A stretch of DNA of 64,000 nucleotides from Octopus vulgaris (lineage: Eukaryota): positions 18,538,001 through 18,602,000 of the forward strand of contig OX597819.1 in assembly GCA_951406725.2 (NCBI GenBank), read 5' to 3'. The first letter of the stretch is position 1; each line of letters starts with the position of its first letter. The notes beneath the pieces were generated by a model that ran no database searches, was not told the origin of the DNA, and worked only from the letters and a program-made list of their open reading frames with translations. The translations under genes were made by a program, and so were the position numbers. This document shows, one piece after another, positions 39,719 through 54,970 of the stretch.

Positions 39719-40414
39719 TGTATGTATGTATGTATGTATGTTTGTATGCAGAAATGCATGTACGTACGTATGTATATGTTTGTCATTATTTCTAAATGTT
39801 TTGCCAATAGGGAAAGAGCCGGTTTCTAACCTACATCCAAGGCTCCTTCATTGGAATTTCAACATCAAAATGTATGTATGTATATGTTCAGTTTTGTACT
39901 TTTTTTTTTTGGATATCTTCTCATGCATATTCTTTCATACCTAGACGTTCTCAGATATATTTAAATGATAAACTCCTAGAAAGTTCTACAGTTTTCTTCA
40001 ATTCCTCTAGCGGCTTGGTTTTGTAGTCGTCGAATCAACTTTCTCCTTTCTGGTTTTGAGAAGCCTGGTTTCTCAAGATTGGCATTTTGGCAGCATGTTA
40101 CATATGTATGTATGTATGCATGGATGCTGCGGTACGTAGAAATACTTTGATTGGTGTCCAACTACGCAGTAAACGCATTTTGAATGAGAGTCTTCTGGTC
40201 TTTATCAAGACATCTCTGTAAGAGAGGGCTAACTCGCTGCTTTACTGAGCCGGATATCTTGCCCTTTGCTGACCTCTGTGTGTCTTGAATCGTTGTGGTG
40301 TTGTACAGCTCGCAACCGACATATAAAGCATGTATGGACATTGCTGCAGTCAGCTTTTGTGAGGCTCATCTTACGGGTAGTCACCCATAATTATATATAT
40401 ATATATATATATAT

Positions 40415-41008
40415 CAATTGATCACTTTGACCGACCAGTCCGTCCGGCATCCATTTGACACCGCTGGTCACAGCACGCTGTCCACTCCTCTCTGGATCGC
40501 GCCTTTCTCATCCACGTTATCCCAATCGTCCTTCTGAAATCGTCACTCCACCGTCGTGGAGGTCTTCCGGGTGGTCTTTTCCGCTCACGCGGGTACCACT
40601 CGACAACTGCGTGCGTCCACCGATTATCGGTGAGCCGGGCGACGTGTCCAGCCCATCTATACTTGCTGCGTGTATACTCTGCGATGACATCCCTCACGCC
40701 AGACTTGTCTCTGATGATCTTACTACTTATGTGCTCTCTCAACGAGATACCAAGCATTGACCTTTCCATGGCTCTTTGAGCCGTTACCAGTCTTTGCTCT
40801 TCTCTCTTTGTGGTAGCCCATGTTTCACTACCATATAACATTGCAGGCAGAACTGCACTGTTAATGAGGTTGGCGCGGGTGGTCCTGTCCAACCTTCCCT
40901 TGAGCACATCCCTTATGCCATTGAACGCCTTCCATCCGACCCTTACTCTCCGTGAGATCTCCTTTTTCTGATATCCCGGCACATATTTACTTCCTGTCCC
41001 AGGTATAT
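40415..41008 (-). mobile_element. RTE-clade LINE 3' fragment, well preserved
   Basis: YLGQEVN...EISRRVRVGWKAF...VLPAMLYGSETW...RWAGHVARLTDNRWT...WYPRERKRPPGRPPRRWSDD, open for about 180 codons to the stop at 40422. Confidence 0.93.
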
Positions 41009-41029
41009 CTATGTATGTATGTATGCTTA

Positions 41030-41351
41030 TATCTCATAAGCGGGAAGTGTAACCTCTCGAAAGAGCTGTTCTTCACTCCTGCTCCGGAGCGTCGGCTGCG
41101 GGGTCATTCCGAAAAGCTCTACCTGCGACGATTTCATCTCAATCGAAGGAGAGGAGCTTTCTCCGTCCGGGTTGCGGATCCGTGGAACAAGCTGCCAGAT
41201 GAGATGGTGAAGATGCCGACGACCGCTTTGTTCAAAGCCTCCCTGGACCTCAAGTGGCCTGAACTCTTTACATGAACACCACCCTGTACTTAACTCCATG
41301 TCCCCCTACATGGCCTTGCTATTTGCTTTTGAGCCAAATTAACTAATTAAG

Positions 41352-41399
<48 letters not shown>

Positions 41400-41400
41400 A
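41030..41400 (+). mobile_element. CR1/L2-group LINE 3' fragment with (CTAA)n tail
   Basis: LRGHSEKL...RRRGAFSVRVADPWNKLP...FKASLD, the typical CR1-group ORF2 C-terminus. Short 3' UTR, then (aact)n at 41341-41399. Confidence 0.88.
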
Positions 41401-41406
41401 TCTCTG

Positions 41407-41507
<101 letters not shown>

Positions 41508-42111
41508 GTCTATCTATCTGTCTGCCTGTCTGTCTATCTGTTTGTCTGTGTGTCTGTATATCATTCTATCTTTGTTTTCGCTTTCGTTTGATGATTTCAT
41601 GTGTTTTTATCTAAACGCTCACATCGACACATTTTGTGGTATGGATGGACAGACGCATATAAGAATACGATTGTATGTATGTGTGTATGCATGTCTGGAC
41701 TGATGGATGAGTGAATGCAAGATGGCTGGAAACATGATAGATGGAGGCAAGAGAGATGTAAAGGTGTGCAGCTGCGCTCAAACACAAACGCGCACCCATA
41801 CACACACACACAAATAGAGACACACACACAGATACATACATACACACACATTCACACATACACACATTAACACATACACACACACATATAAACATATAGA
41901 CTCGTTTATACGTGTATATACGAGCGTGTGCGTTTTGTAAGCTACCCTAAGAGTGAAAACGTATCTGTTTAGACCCGGAAATTGTTATAAATTAAAATAT
42001 TATTCGAAACTCATATCTATTCGAGATTTATTGATGTTATACACCTTACAATAAATCTCTCTTACCCATCTCTCTCTCTCTCTCACTCGTTCTTCCTTTA
42101 TCTCAAAACCA

Positions 42112-42142
<31 letters not shown>

Positions 42143-43654
42143 ATTCTCTTACTATATTTTTGTCTGTTTATCTCTTGGTTTCATTCTCACTCACCCTTTT
42201 TCTCTATCCTCCGTTTTATCTTCTCTGCCTGTCTGTCTGTCTCTCTTTCTGTCTCTTTCTCTCTCTTTGTTTTCCTCTGATGTCTTCAATATTACACAAC
42301 TATTGCGATAAAAGGATATTGTCTCAGATATTGCTTTTATATTAGACTTTTAGTAATATTATCCTCACCAGCATCAATTTCATTTATCATTTTTCCATTT
42401 CCTCTTCTCAAATATCATTAGTCCTGTTAGATATCACAAGATATATCGTCAATGAAACGCTGTAATACTGCACTAATCTTTTCAGTACAATATCTCAAGG
42501 ACTGTTATGTTGACACAATTGCACTTAACAAGTTTGGAGGAAAATATTTTTCTGATATTGTGATTTCCCATTACATAGTGAGTTATAACAAGTTACACTC
42601 AATGTCACATCTTCGATCATATAAATGCAATTATCATTGAAAATGCTGCTTTATTGTTTTATGTGTTTGCTACAATACTGCTAATCTTACAGAATACGAA
42701 ATGAAAAGCTATAAACATTTAGTATATTTTAAATAAAACTTCACTAAATTATTTTATGATAAAATACGGGCGCCATTTAATATCGTTAGCTAATCAATGA
42801 AAACCTCTTCCGAACCAAATATTTATTTATTTCCTTACTCATTCATTCATTCATTCTTTCATTCATTCATTCATTTATTCATTTATTCATTCTTTTATAT
42901 ATTTATTCGTTCAATAATCCACATTGATCTGACTACGGTGCGATAATCAGAGAATTGGTTTTATAGAGCAAAACTGCACAGTAGGTATTCATGGAGAATT
43001 CACATCAGCATAACAATATTAAGAAACGCTCGTTAATTACGTAACGCGTTAATTACGTCACCTATTAACTGTCACTATCATTGGCAAGGAATAATAGCAA
43101 GAAACAATACCCTGAAACCATATCTAGAGAAATTTACCATGAACAATACATGAACAAACCAACCATACCCGGATATGTCTCAATAACAATACCTTTACTA
43201 TTGAACGGTGAATTGAATGCGGATTTATATTGAAGTTTCATTGTATTCGGCCAAACTAGTTAATTAATTATATACGAGGAGATGCGCCTCCTACCTACCC
43301 GAGCGCTTTCTAAAGGGATGCTCATTAGTTCCAGTATATTTACTTAGACATAAATGAATCATTGGATAAGAGGCCAATGTATATCCAAATAATTTGGTCA
43401 CAATTTAGACCAATTAGTGGGAACCACAGATGAGAGGGGGACACAAGCCGCCCTCTTGACTAACTAGAAATAGCAACCATACTCCATTACAGCTCACCTC
43501 AACACATAGATTGATATTTCAATTTGTGATGCATTAGGTCTACTTAAAACATGATTGTCTGAATCGAATGCATTTGATCATGCCTCTTCTACGTCAAGAT
43601 TAACTTGTGGCTTAGCAGCAACAGCAGTGACGAAGAAGAAGAAGAACAACAACA

Positions 43655-44005
<351 letters not shown>

Positions 44006-44019
44006 ACGGAATTAATAGC

Positions 44020-44060
<41 letters not shown>

Positions 44061-44061
<1 letters not shown>

Positions 44062-44262
44062 TCTATGTAATCACAAGTTTTAAAGCAAACATAATTTTCG
44101 TATGTTTTTTTTAGACATTTACTAGTACAACACTAAATACAAAACCAAATATATGGCACACTAGGCATAACGACAACAAGGACTTCCAACCTGTTGTCTC
44201 TTGAGGTCTCTGGGTGAGACTTGGACCCAACTTGTACAAATATAAAGCAAAAGTCAAACATA
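44061..44262 (+). mobile_element. Probable 3' UTR of an R4/Dong-type LINE inserted in (AAT)n
   Basis: About 200 nt of non-repetitive sequence bounded on both sides by (AAT)n. The family assignment is inferred from context only. Confidence 0.5.
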
Positions 44263-44288
44263 TAATAATAATAATAAAAATATTAATA

Positions 44289-44364
<76 letters not shown>

Positions 44365-44379
44365 TAAAAAGGATAATAA

Positions 44380-46160
44380 TAACGGAGAGCGAATGGAAGT
44401 CTCGGAGGATGGTGGATGCAAGTAGCTGGCGGTCCTGGAGCTTGACAGTATCTGCAGAGAAATGAAAGGCAAGATCACCACTGTATATTCGAAGCACCTC
44501 AAACTTTTCTTGAAGTCAAAATTCAAGCAAGGGACACTGTGACTGCCATCAACTTATGGGCTGTTGCTGTGGTTCGATATAGTGCACCAGGTTCTGAAAT
44601 AGACACGAGTGGTGATTGACCAACTCGATAGCACTATTGGAAGGACTTTGACAATGCATGGTGTACCCCCACCCTAAAGTGACCGTACATATGTTCTATA
44701 CGAAGGGGTGTGAATGTGGACTTGGCCGGATCAGCGTACGGGAGTACATCAAGAATGAAAGAAGAAACGTCGCAGAGTATTTGGTCAACAGGAAACAAGA
44801 CCTTCTACATTATTCTGTTAATGCAGAATGTTTTACTGGTAACGAACTTGAGAGAGCGAATGGATTGCGATCACGAATGGCTATTGAGAGAGAAGAAATT
44901 CTACTCCAAATGGAATTACACGGTCAGTTCCACCATGAAAGCAAAGATCGGTAAGGATCATGGAAGTGACTCAGCAAGGGTGACCTTAAAGAAGTTATTC
45001 GTAAAAATCGCACCAGTACCGTATTTTAAGAAAAATTGGCACCTATTTTGTAGGTGTCTTTTCTACTAAATCGCATAGTTACTTGAACATAAATAAACCA
45101 ATACCGGTTGTCAAGGTTTAAAGGAGTGACAAATACAAGAGCACGAGCCCGCGGACACACACACACACAGAGCTACACACAAACGCACACATGCGCGCGC
45201 ACACACATAGCTACAAACAAACACACACACACACACAATTTAGGCTTCCATACAGTTTTGGTCTACTAAATTCAATAACAAGATATTGACCAGCCCGTAT
45301 CATACCACATGGCACTTGCCGAATATACTGCACGGCGGCACTGAACCCAAGGCCAATGTGACCTGAAAGCGGGCTTCTTGAGCATCATTTCTAACATAGA
45401 CACAAAGCCAGACGTTAGTGGTTAATGTAAGGCTGAAATCCTAATCTTTGCTCCCCAGGTTCAGGCATTGAATACCAACTCGCCGAAATGAGATATATAC
45501 AACACAACTGCAACGAACCACTGCAGAATGTGCAGGAAGAGGGTCGAAAGCGTACTCACATTGTTAGAGCTTGCGAAAGTCTTGCGCAGAAAGAGTAACA
45601 TACACCGATAGGAGATCACCATGTCGCGCACATATGGTTGTGATGCATGTGCCTGGTGTACCCTTAACAGATGGGTAGTCATGATAGGTATACTGGGCTT
45701 CGTATATTTTGCCGCTGTGTCAATTTGATGACATGCACTGCTCTCTCAATAATAATAATATTATTAATTCATGAAGAAAACCAAAATCATAGATATTTTT
45801 ATAGCTGTGGAAGTACGCGTTGGTAAGCATGGTGCTGATAAAGAACTGGCAAGGCTGGACAAGGAAAAGCCACTAAATGTGAAATTATATGAAAGTGGGC
45901 AATGAAGAACGTAACTGAGATCGCATTAGTTGTTGGGGAACTGGGAACGTTAACGACCAATTCTGAGACATTGAAAAATTGGATTTCATATAAGGGTAGA
46001 ACATGCTCAGAAAGTTGCATTATTGGGAACAGCGAAAATGGTGAGGTGGGTACTTTTGAGGTGGGTATTGTAGAAGACCATGTTTGATCCGTGACAACGG
46101 TTGCCTGTTCATGCAGAATTGTCCGGAAATAGTGAAATCGGGAGCTCTGAGAATTGAAAT
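44380..46160 (+). mobile_element. Old R4/Dong-type LINE 3' half, interrupted by SINE B and family E insertions
   Basis: GVLELDSI, TAINLWAVAVVRYSA, LTMHG..HPK, ELHGQF (44430-44990); CRMCRKRVES..L..ACESLAQKE knuckle (about 45520-45600); VVGELG and QKVALLGTAKMVR (about 45930-46050). Confidence 0.75.
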
Positions 46161-46376
46161 GACAATAATAATTGAAATTCTTCTTCTTCTTCTTCTTCTT
46201 CTTCTTCTTCTTCTTCTTCTTCTTCTTCTTCTTCTTCTCCTCCTTCTTTTTCTTCTTCTACTTATAATAATAGTAATAGTAATAGTGATGATGATGATGA
46301 TGCGGAGGAGGAGGAGGATTATGATGATGATGATATAATGAAAAATAATAAAAAGAAGAAAAAGAAGAAGAAGAAC

Positions 46377-47065
<689 letters not shown>

Positions 47066-47119
47066 TAATAATAATTTGGAAACAGAACAAATTTTGAATC
47101 ACACGATTCATATCTCCAC

Positions 47120-49377
47120 TGCAAAATTTTTTTTAGTCAAGGAGAGAGGATTTGGTATTGTCATGGAAGAGTGGGAACATCGTATCATAGCGATTGCAGG
47201 TAAGCATTCTAGATATGAGAAAAGAAAAGATCAATATCAACAGAACAGATTCTTTGAAAGAGACCAGTTGAGATTTTATAGTCAAATAAATCGTGGAGAA
47301 GAAACAACTGAAGATGAGAAAACTAATGCAGAACAATCTAGAAAGTTCTGGATTTACATTTTCAATAAGCCAGTCAATGATGATGGAGATTGAGCATAGT
47401 TAAAGAAAGTAAGAGCAGAAGTTAATGAGAAACTAATTCGGCGCATTAATGAGAAAAGTTTTAGGAAGATGGCGAATTGAAAGGGGCTTAAGTGCAGATT
47501 TAGTTCAAGTGTAATAGTTTAAGAAAGATACAAAGGCGACTGAGAATTGGCTTAATAAAGGAGTAATACCTGATCAGATGACAGTACTCTGTAGGAAAGA
47601 CCTAATCAAGGGTCATATAGCTAGTAAATATAGACCAATCACTTGCTTACAATTAGTGTGGAAGCTGTTAACGGGAATGCTTTCAGATAGCATTTACGAT
47701 CAACGGGACAGCTAGAATTTGCTGCCAGAAACGCAGAAAGATTTCATAAAGAAGGCTAGAGGAAAGCATGATCTATTACACATAGACAAAGCAGTTCTAA
47801 AAAGAAGTGAAATCTAGAAAGAAAAGCTTAACAATAGCATAGGTAGATTATCAGAAAGCCTATGATAGGATCCCACATTCATGGATAAGTGAATGTTTGC
47901 GTATATTCAGTATTGCAGAGAGCATAAGATAATTAATTAACTTCAGCAAGAAAAAATGGAAATTAAATCTCTACTCAGGTTACACAACCTTAGGGTAAGT
48001 TAATATCAAGAGAGGAAGTTTCCATGGAGACTCGTTATTCTCTTTCATAGTTGTCTTATGCTTAATCTCCCTCAGTTTAGTACTAAGGAAAGCAAAGGCA
48101 GGATATCAGTTCAGAAGTAGTAAAAGAAAAACGAACCATTTGCTCTATACGGATGATCTGAAGCTTTATAGTAACATTAAAAATGTGATAGATTTCTTAA
48201 TACAAACTATAAGACTCTTTAGCAAAGATACACTCAAAGAATTTGACATAGATAAGTGTGCAATATTAGTCACGAAAAAAGGGACAGATAGTCAACAGTG
48301 AATGCATCCGATTACCAGATGACCAGACATTAACATCTGTGAAAGAAGCAGGGACTCATATGTATGTAGCAGTATAAGAATCCGACAGCACTAATTATAG
48401 AAATGAAAGCGAAAATTGAGGAAGACGACATTAAAATGTTGAGGAAGCTGAAGAAGTCAAAGCGAAATAGTTCGAATCCAGTGAATGCTGTAAATACTTG
48501 GGTAGTATTGTGACTTATCTAATTCAATAGCGTTTGTACATTGGACAAAATCTAAATCAGCTAATATAGACACAAGTACTAGGAAGGAATTAAATAGGAA
48601 TGGAGGACTTCGCTCAAGAGCATGAGCAGCAAGATTGTACTCACCTAGAAAGGAAGGTGGTTGTGGGTTAATATCAGTAGAAGACTGTGTGGAACTAAGT
48701 AGAGGAGTAATTAGATAAAAGCCAAGGTAGACAAAAACCAAGCTAGATTCACAAAGAAGGCGATGTAAATTGAAAGAGGAAACTGTTCCTCCAATCGTAA
48801 GTGAATGAATAGAAAGAAAACAAGAAAAGACACGAAAGCCTAGGGACTTACGTATAAATCTAGAACTTCACCATATTCATAAATGTTATGAATCTGAATC
48901 TAGGAATATGCTATAAAATCAGACATGTAAGATGTTGGGGAACTTTAACATTAATACTGACAGAGAAATAGAAGCTAGAAAGGCTGATTTAGTTGTAATA
49001 TTAGGATATAAAGACAATTAAAAGTGTGAGGTTATTGAGTTTGTAGACCCAAATGACGAGAAGGTCAATGTGAGAGATATATGGAAATTTGCAAGATACC
49101 AGGACCTCACCATTGAGTTATAGAAGCTATGGAAAGTGCGGGTAAAATGTTTGCTGGAGTTACAGATCTTATCGCTAACGATTTGAAAAGATGAATAGGG
49201 AAGAATGAGGGTAAAGCCTAGTTAAGTGCTGCTCCAGAGAACAGTATTATAAAAGTTAGCTAGAATAATTAGGAAGGTTGTCGGCATCTAAGGTTTCTTG
49301 TAGGAACATTTTAGGAACATTTTAGGAACATTTCGCTTCCACCAGTCTGATCCATTGTATGTATGTGAAATAATAAT
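47120..49377 (+). mobile_element. Decayed R4/Dong-type LINE: RT through REL endonuclease and 3' end
   Basis: YRPITCLQLVWKLLTG, DYQKAYDRIPHSWI, FHGDSL, NHLLYTDDLKLY, DKCAIL, RLYSPRKEGGCGLISVED, TDREIEARKADLVV, RYQDL, ARIIRKV. Many stops and frameshifts. Confidence 0.88.
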
Positions 49378-49389
49378 CGGAAGAATTCC

Positions 49390-49990
49390 TTCTAATTTTC
49401 TAACGAGGCCAGTGATTTCGAAGGGGAACGCGCAAGGGGATTTCCATCTTTGATTCGTACTTTATTTTATCGCCGGTGAAAAGATGAAAAGTGAAGTTGA
49501 CTATGGCGAGATATGAGTTCAAATCGTAGAGATCGGAAAAACTGCTGCAAAGCACTTCGTCTGACGTTCTAGCAACCCTGCCACGGAAATTATCATGGAT
49601 TTAAATTTTGGCACGAGGACAGCAAGGCCAGGGTAAGGGTGAGGTCGATTACATCCACCCCAGTGGCTCAACTGTTACTTGTTTTGTCGACTGTGTAATG
49701 AAAAATTGCAAAGTTGTACCTCGTCAGAATTTGAACTCAGGACGTAAAGACGGACAAAATTCATTCAGTGTAGCATTTTATCAGGGGGTGATAAGAATTC
49801 CGCCAATTCCTCACCCTTATTGATTTCTTATTTTGAAGGGAAAGAGTTAATCGATAACATCGATTCTAGGTTTTGATTCTTAATATATTTTTTTATCGAC
49901 TTGGAAAGGATGAAAGTCAAATTTCGCTTCGATGGAATTTGAACTCAGTAAAAAGATGACAAGTAATAAACACCGCTAGGCATTTTAGCT
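49390..49990 (-). mobile_element. Three diverged SINE family A copies
   Basis: Recurrent aaaggatgaaa...atttgaactcag remnants at about 49480, 49730 and 49940. Confidence 0.6.
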
Positions 49991-50011
49991 GCTCCCCTCC
50001 TACTGGTGACA

Positions 50012-50047
<36 letters not shown>

Positions 50048-50263
50048 CCGGTGAAGATGATGACATCAATGCCTTTGAAATGGAGGAGGAGAAATGAAAC
50101 GTAAAAGTGGAAGACGATTATAATCAGTGGGGGAAGGAGGATGGGAAGGAGGATTGGAAACAGGAAAAATACGGAACATGAAAATAACGAAGAAATGTTA
50201 TTGTCGTTCCGCTCTTCTTCTTCTTCTACTTCTTCTTTTGTTATTATTATCATCGTTATCATC

Positions 50264-50351
<88 letters not shown>

Positions 50352-50452
50352 ATAGTAATAGTAGCAGCAGCAGCAGCAGAAGACACAGTTGTGGTGGTAG
50401 GGGTAGCAGCAGCAGTAATAGCAGCAGCAGTAATAGTAGTGGTAGTGGTATA

Positions 50453-50516
<64 letters not shown>

Positions 50517-50682
50517 ATGGCCTTGGCCTTGTATATAATAAAAAGCGAATACGAACATTTTTAATGTACAATATTACGAAATAGTTGTATAAGGTATATA
50601 CGTTGGCGAATAGACTTTACTCTCTCTCACTCTATATATATACATATATATATACATTCTTAATACAAACACACATAGATAT

Positions 50683-50749
<67 letters not shown>

Positions 50750-50811
50750 CCCATATATGTATGTATATATACAAACACACACATATACATACATATGCAT
50801 GTATATATATA

Positions 50812-50885
<74 letters not shown>

Positions 50886-51399
50886 CGTACCTATATATTC
50901 ATACACACACATACACGCACATATGTAATAGCTTTATTTATTATTATTTTCTTTTATCGTTGTTTTGCTATACTTCGCTTTTTCTTCTTTTTATTCACCG
51001 AAATATTTCGGTCTGTATCTCAACATACGTCCACCATTTTGCTTTAATATTCTCTCCTATTCAACAGAAATATCTCTGCCTTTCTCTCCTTTCTATTAAA
51101 AGCGTGAGCAATATTTTATAGAATTTCGAAGCCATACTTTTATCGATATTGTCAATACCTTTATTATATTTGCCTCGTACACCACCCGACACCAGACCGA
51201 CACACCCATCGTAGCCCCAACCCTCACAGCACCACAGTTCTCTATCTCCGCCCCACCAACACCGACTTCGTCGTTTTCCACTCCACTGCTAACAAATCTT
51301 GTTTCTTCAGAACGCCATACTCCGTTTCCTTCATCATACTTAGTTCTTAATATCCATCAACTTCTAATGGCGTTCACAATCTGTTGTTTTCGAGAAGCT

Positions 51400-51470
51400 T
51401 GCATCTGCGCATGCGCTCTAGCCATTACATTAAAATCAACCGCCGCCGCCGCCGCCGCCATCTTCACGCT
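51400..51470. promoter_or_regulatory. Candidate promoter motifs: NRF1-type TGCGCATGCGC and YY1-type GCCGCCATCTT
   Basis: tgcgcatgcgc at 51406-51416 and (gcc)n-atctt at about 51442-51464, in a CpG-rich non-repetitive island. Function is inferred. Confidence 0.4.
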
Positions 51471-51567
51471 CTTATAAGTTCCTCTCTCTGTGTCTCACTC
51501 TTTGCATTTCCGTCCATCTGTCTGTCTCACTGTCACTCTATCTCTGTATGTCTGCCTCGCTCTCTTG

Positions 51568-51659
<92 letters not shown>

Positions 51660-51712
51660 GTCTATCTATCTATATATCGATCTATCAATCAATCACTCTC
51701 TCACTATTTATA

Positions 51713-51774
<62 letters not shown>

Positions 51775-51837
51775 CCTATCTCTCTCTCTCTCTCTCTCTA
51801 TGTATCTATATATCTCTCTCTCTATCTATCTATCTAT

Positions 51838-51919
<82 letters not shown>

Positions 51920-52749
51920 ATCCATCCATCTCTCTTAACGTTTTCCTGATCTCATTCGGGCGTGGATAATGTCCAATTGTCATCTGTTCGTCACTGTAGC
52001 TTATGCCGCTGCTGCTGCTGCTGCTACCGCTGTCGCTGTGGCTGCCGTTGTTATTACTGTTGTTGCTCTCTTTGTTGTCATCTTCGTCGACACTCTTCAT
52101 TTTTTTATATACATCGTGTCCTTGCAGTGCTGTTCATGTTGCTGGTGTCACTAGTTGTCTGATTATCCCCGGTGCTATATTAATGGTGAGCCCCAGGACC
52201 AGCACTGCGTCCTCCTTGGAATCTCCTCCCGTCTAAGTGTACCTAGGATCCAATGTTCAATGTACCGCTCTGTTTTCAAAACGATAGGACATTATTACCA
52301 GATGATGAGGCTGCTATTCCTTGTAAAAAAATAAAGAAGAAAAAAAAAGAAGAGAAACACAGAATCTCCATATTGGTTGTTGTTGCCCATACCGCAGCCA
52401 TTGCAGCTGCTGAGGTTGTTGTTGTTTCTGGCGCTTAGCTGCTGCCGTAGAATAGCAAATATATTTTCATATATTCCCTAATGTTGTTGTTATATTTCTT
52501 GCATATGTTTTTTTTTATAGTTACTGTTGTTGTTGTTGTTTTATATTATTGTCAATATATCTCTGCATCTTGTTGTTCTTGATGTTGTCGTTACTAATCT
52601 AGTTGTTGTTGTTGTTGTTGTTAATGATTTGCCTGTTGTCGTTGTAGCAGTCATGCACGGTGTTCTTTTGTTGTTGTTTTTTTAATTCGTTCTTGTTGCT
52701 GTTGTTAAACCAGAAACTATTGCCGTTGTTGATAATAAGGGATCGTATA

Positions 52750-52754
52750 CAACA

Positions 52755-52824
<70 letters not shown>

Positions 52825-53007
52825 TAGCTGCTGTTCTGCTGCTGCCACTATTTCTTCAACTGCTACTACCACCACTACTACTACTACTACTGTTACCACT
52901 AATACTACTACTAGTACTACTGCTGCCACTACGTCTACAACTGCTACCACTACTACTACTACTGTTACCCCACTACTACTACATCCCCACCACCGCCACT
53001 GCTGCTG

Positions 53008-53041
<34 letters not shown>

Positions 53042-53393
53042 CATCACCATTACTACTACTGCTGCAACAACAACAAAAACAACAACAACAACAACAACAA
53101 CGGCAACAACAACAACTACTACTACTACTGCTCCTGCTACAACAACTGCTACTGCTGCTACTACTCCCATAACCGCTGCTGCTGCTGCAACTACTACCAC
53201 ATGTAGTAGCATTTGTTGTGGTGTTACAGTTAGTAGTAGTGGTAGTAATAATTATTGTGTGGTAGCAGTATTAGTAGTATTAGTTGTTGTAGTAGTAGTA
53301 GTCAAACTAACTATTGTTAATGCAGTCGTTGCAGTTGCTGCTGCTACTACTGGTCTTGCGGTCGTTGTCATAGTTACTGCTATTATTATTATT

Positions 53394-53468
<75 letters not shown>

Positions 53469-53650
53469 GTTATTATTATTATTATTACTCTTGTTTTCTT
53501 TGTTTTTATTGTTTATCTTTTTTCTCACATTAAGGTTCTTGCTGATAACGCTGCGATTGTTGTTGTAGTTATTGTTATTATTGTTGTTGTTGTTGTTTTT
53601 TGTTGTTTTTGTTGTTTTTGTTGTTTTTGTTGTTGTTGTCGTTGTTGTTA
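52750..53650. repeat. Compound trinucleotide microsatellites (CTA/CTG/CAA/ATT/GTT)
   Basis: Read directly from the sequence. Confidence 0.9.
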
Positions 53651-54859
53651 CTGTAAATAGATTTATGTTCCTGAGATGAAACCATTTTGATGTGACAGAC
53701 TGATGATATTGTAATATCGGTCTGTTCCTTTGTTGTTCTTCATATTCTTTCGGTTGTCTTTGATGCATATACCGATGCAGAATGTCAGTGCGATGTAGTG
53801 TAGAAAAAGTACTATATGTTAGTGCAGCAGCTATAAGGTTGCACTTCAGTGCATGCAACACTCTTCGCAGTATATTTATGGTGCTTCAAGTACATGTTGA
53901 ATGTCAATAGTGATACATACATACATACACACACACATATATATATATGTATATGTATGTATATGTGTATGTATATGTGCGTTCGTTTGTTCTTTTTGGT
54001 TATTAAGTGCCTTGGGGCTGACCTTTCCTTTGTTATTTTAGGTTGAGAAATCCTATGAAACTGTAGCTAATATCTTAGAGCTTCGTTTGATGTAATCAAG
54101 TGAAACTCTTCAACACTTCCTTATAAATTTATAGCGTTGTCCAAAATACATATATATAGACCCCCACCCCCATATATATATATATGTGTGTGTGTTTGTG
54201 CTTTTGTATTTCTGTTGTAAATGTTTATGTGAATGTATGTAAATGATTTTACATGATAAAAGCCAGTGACGTAAGAAAACCTCGCCTCTAAGGGTTTTAG
54301 GCGCTTCTGAGGCAGGTGGAGGAAAGCCAAGATGCAGTTGTTTCGCTGATTTCTTGCCCGGAGACTGGTAATATGTTCGTCCATCGACGGTCTTTCGGTA
54401 AATGTTTGTCCATCACATTTCACTTAGAAATTATGTTAGAAGACGCTTGGTCAGAGATTGAAATAGTAACCAGAGCTTCCTAAACTTAAAACGAGTTACG
54501 AAAATTAAATTCTGAATCGTTATGAATTTGTGGGCACGTTGTTCTGCATATAACACTTGTAGAACACTTGTATGTGCTTACACTAAGCGCCTTGGCTACT
54601 AGAGATAAGGTTGGATAAATATCATTCGTTCGACTTTACGTACGGAATTCAAATTCCGCCGAAGTCGTCTTTGCCTTTCACCCTTTCGAGGTCGATTAAA
54701 ATAAGGACCAGTTGATCAATCCTCTCTCGGAATTGTTGGCGTTGTGACAAAATTTTAAACCATATCACTTATTGCATGCTGTTGTTGTTATTGTTATTGT
54801 TATTGTTGTTGTTGTTGTAATCCTTTTGTTGTTGTTTGCAAATGTAAATAGCTTTCTAG

Positions 54860-54970
54860 CTGTGTCCAATCAAGAAAGCCAGAAACAGAATTCTAACCAG
54901 CTATGACGTCATCACTGCTCGCGCTTACCGAACGTTGGTGACGTCATGGCGGCAGAAACTTCCGGAAACC
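54860..54970. promoter_or_regulatory. Candidate cis-regulatory cluster: CCAAT, two full CRE palindromes, ETS site
   Basis: ccaatca at 54866, ATGACGTCAT 54903-54912, TGACGTCA 54939-54946, acttccggaa 54958-54967. Confidence 0.5.

Noticed and set aside
52100-52345. Minus-strand acceptor-like site as exon 2 for the 54947 ATG
   Set aside because: Splicing gives only a 20-aa product ending in a stop, with no supporting homology.
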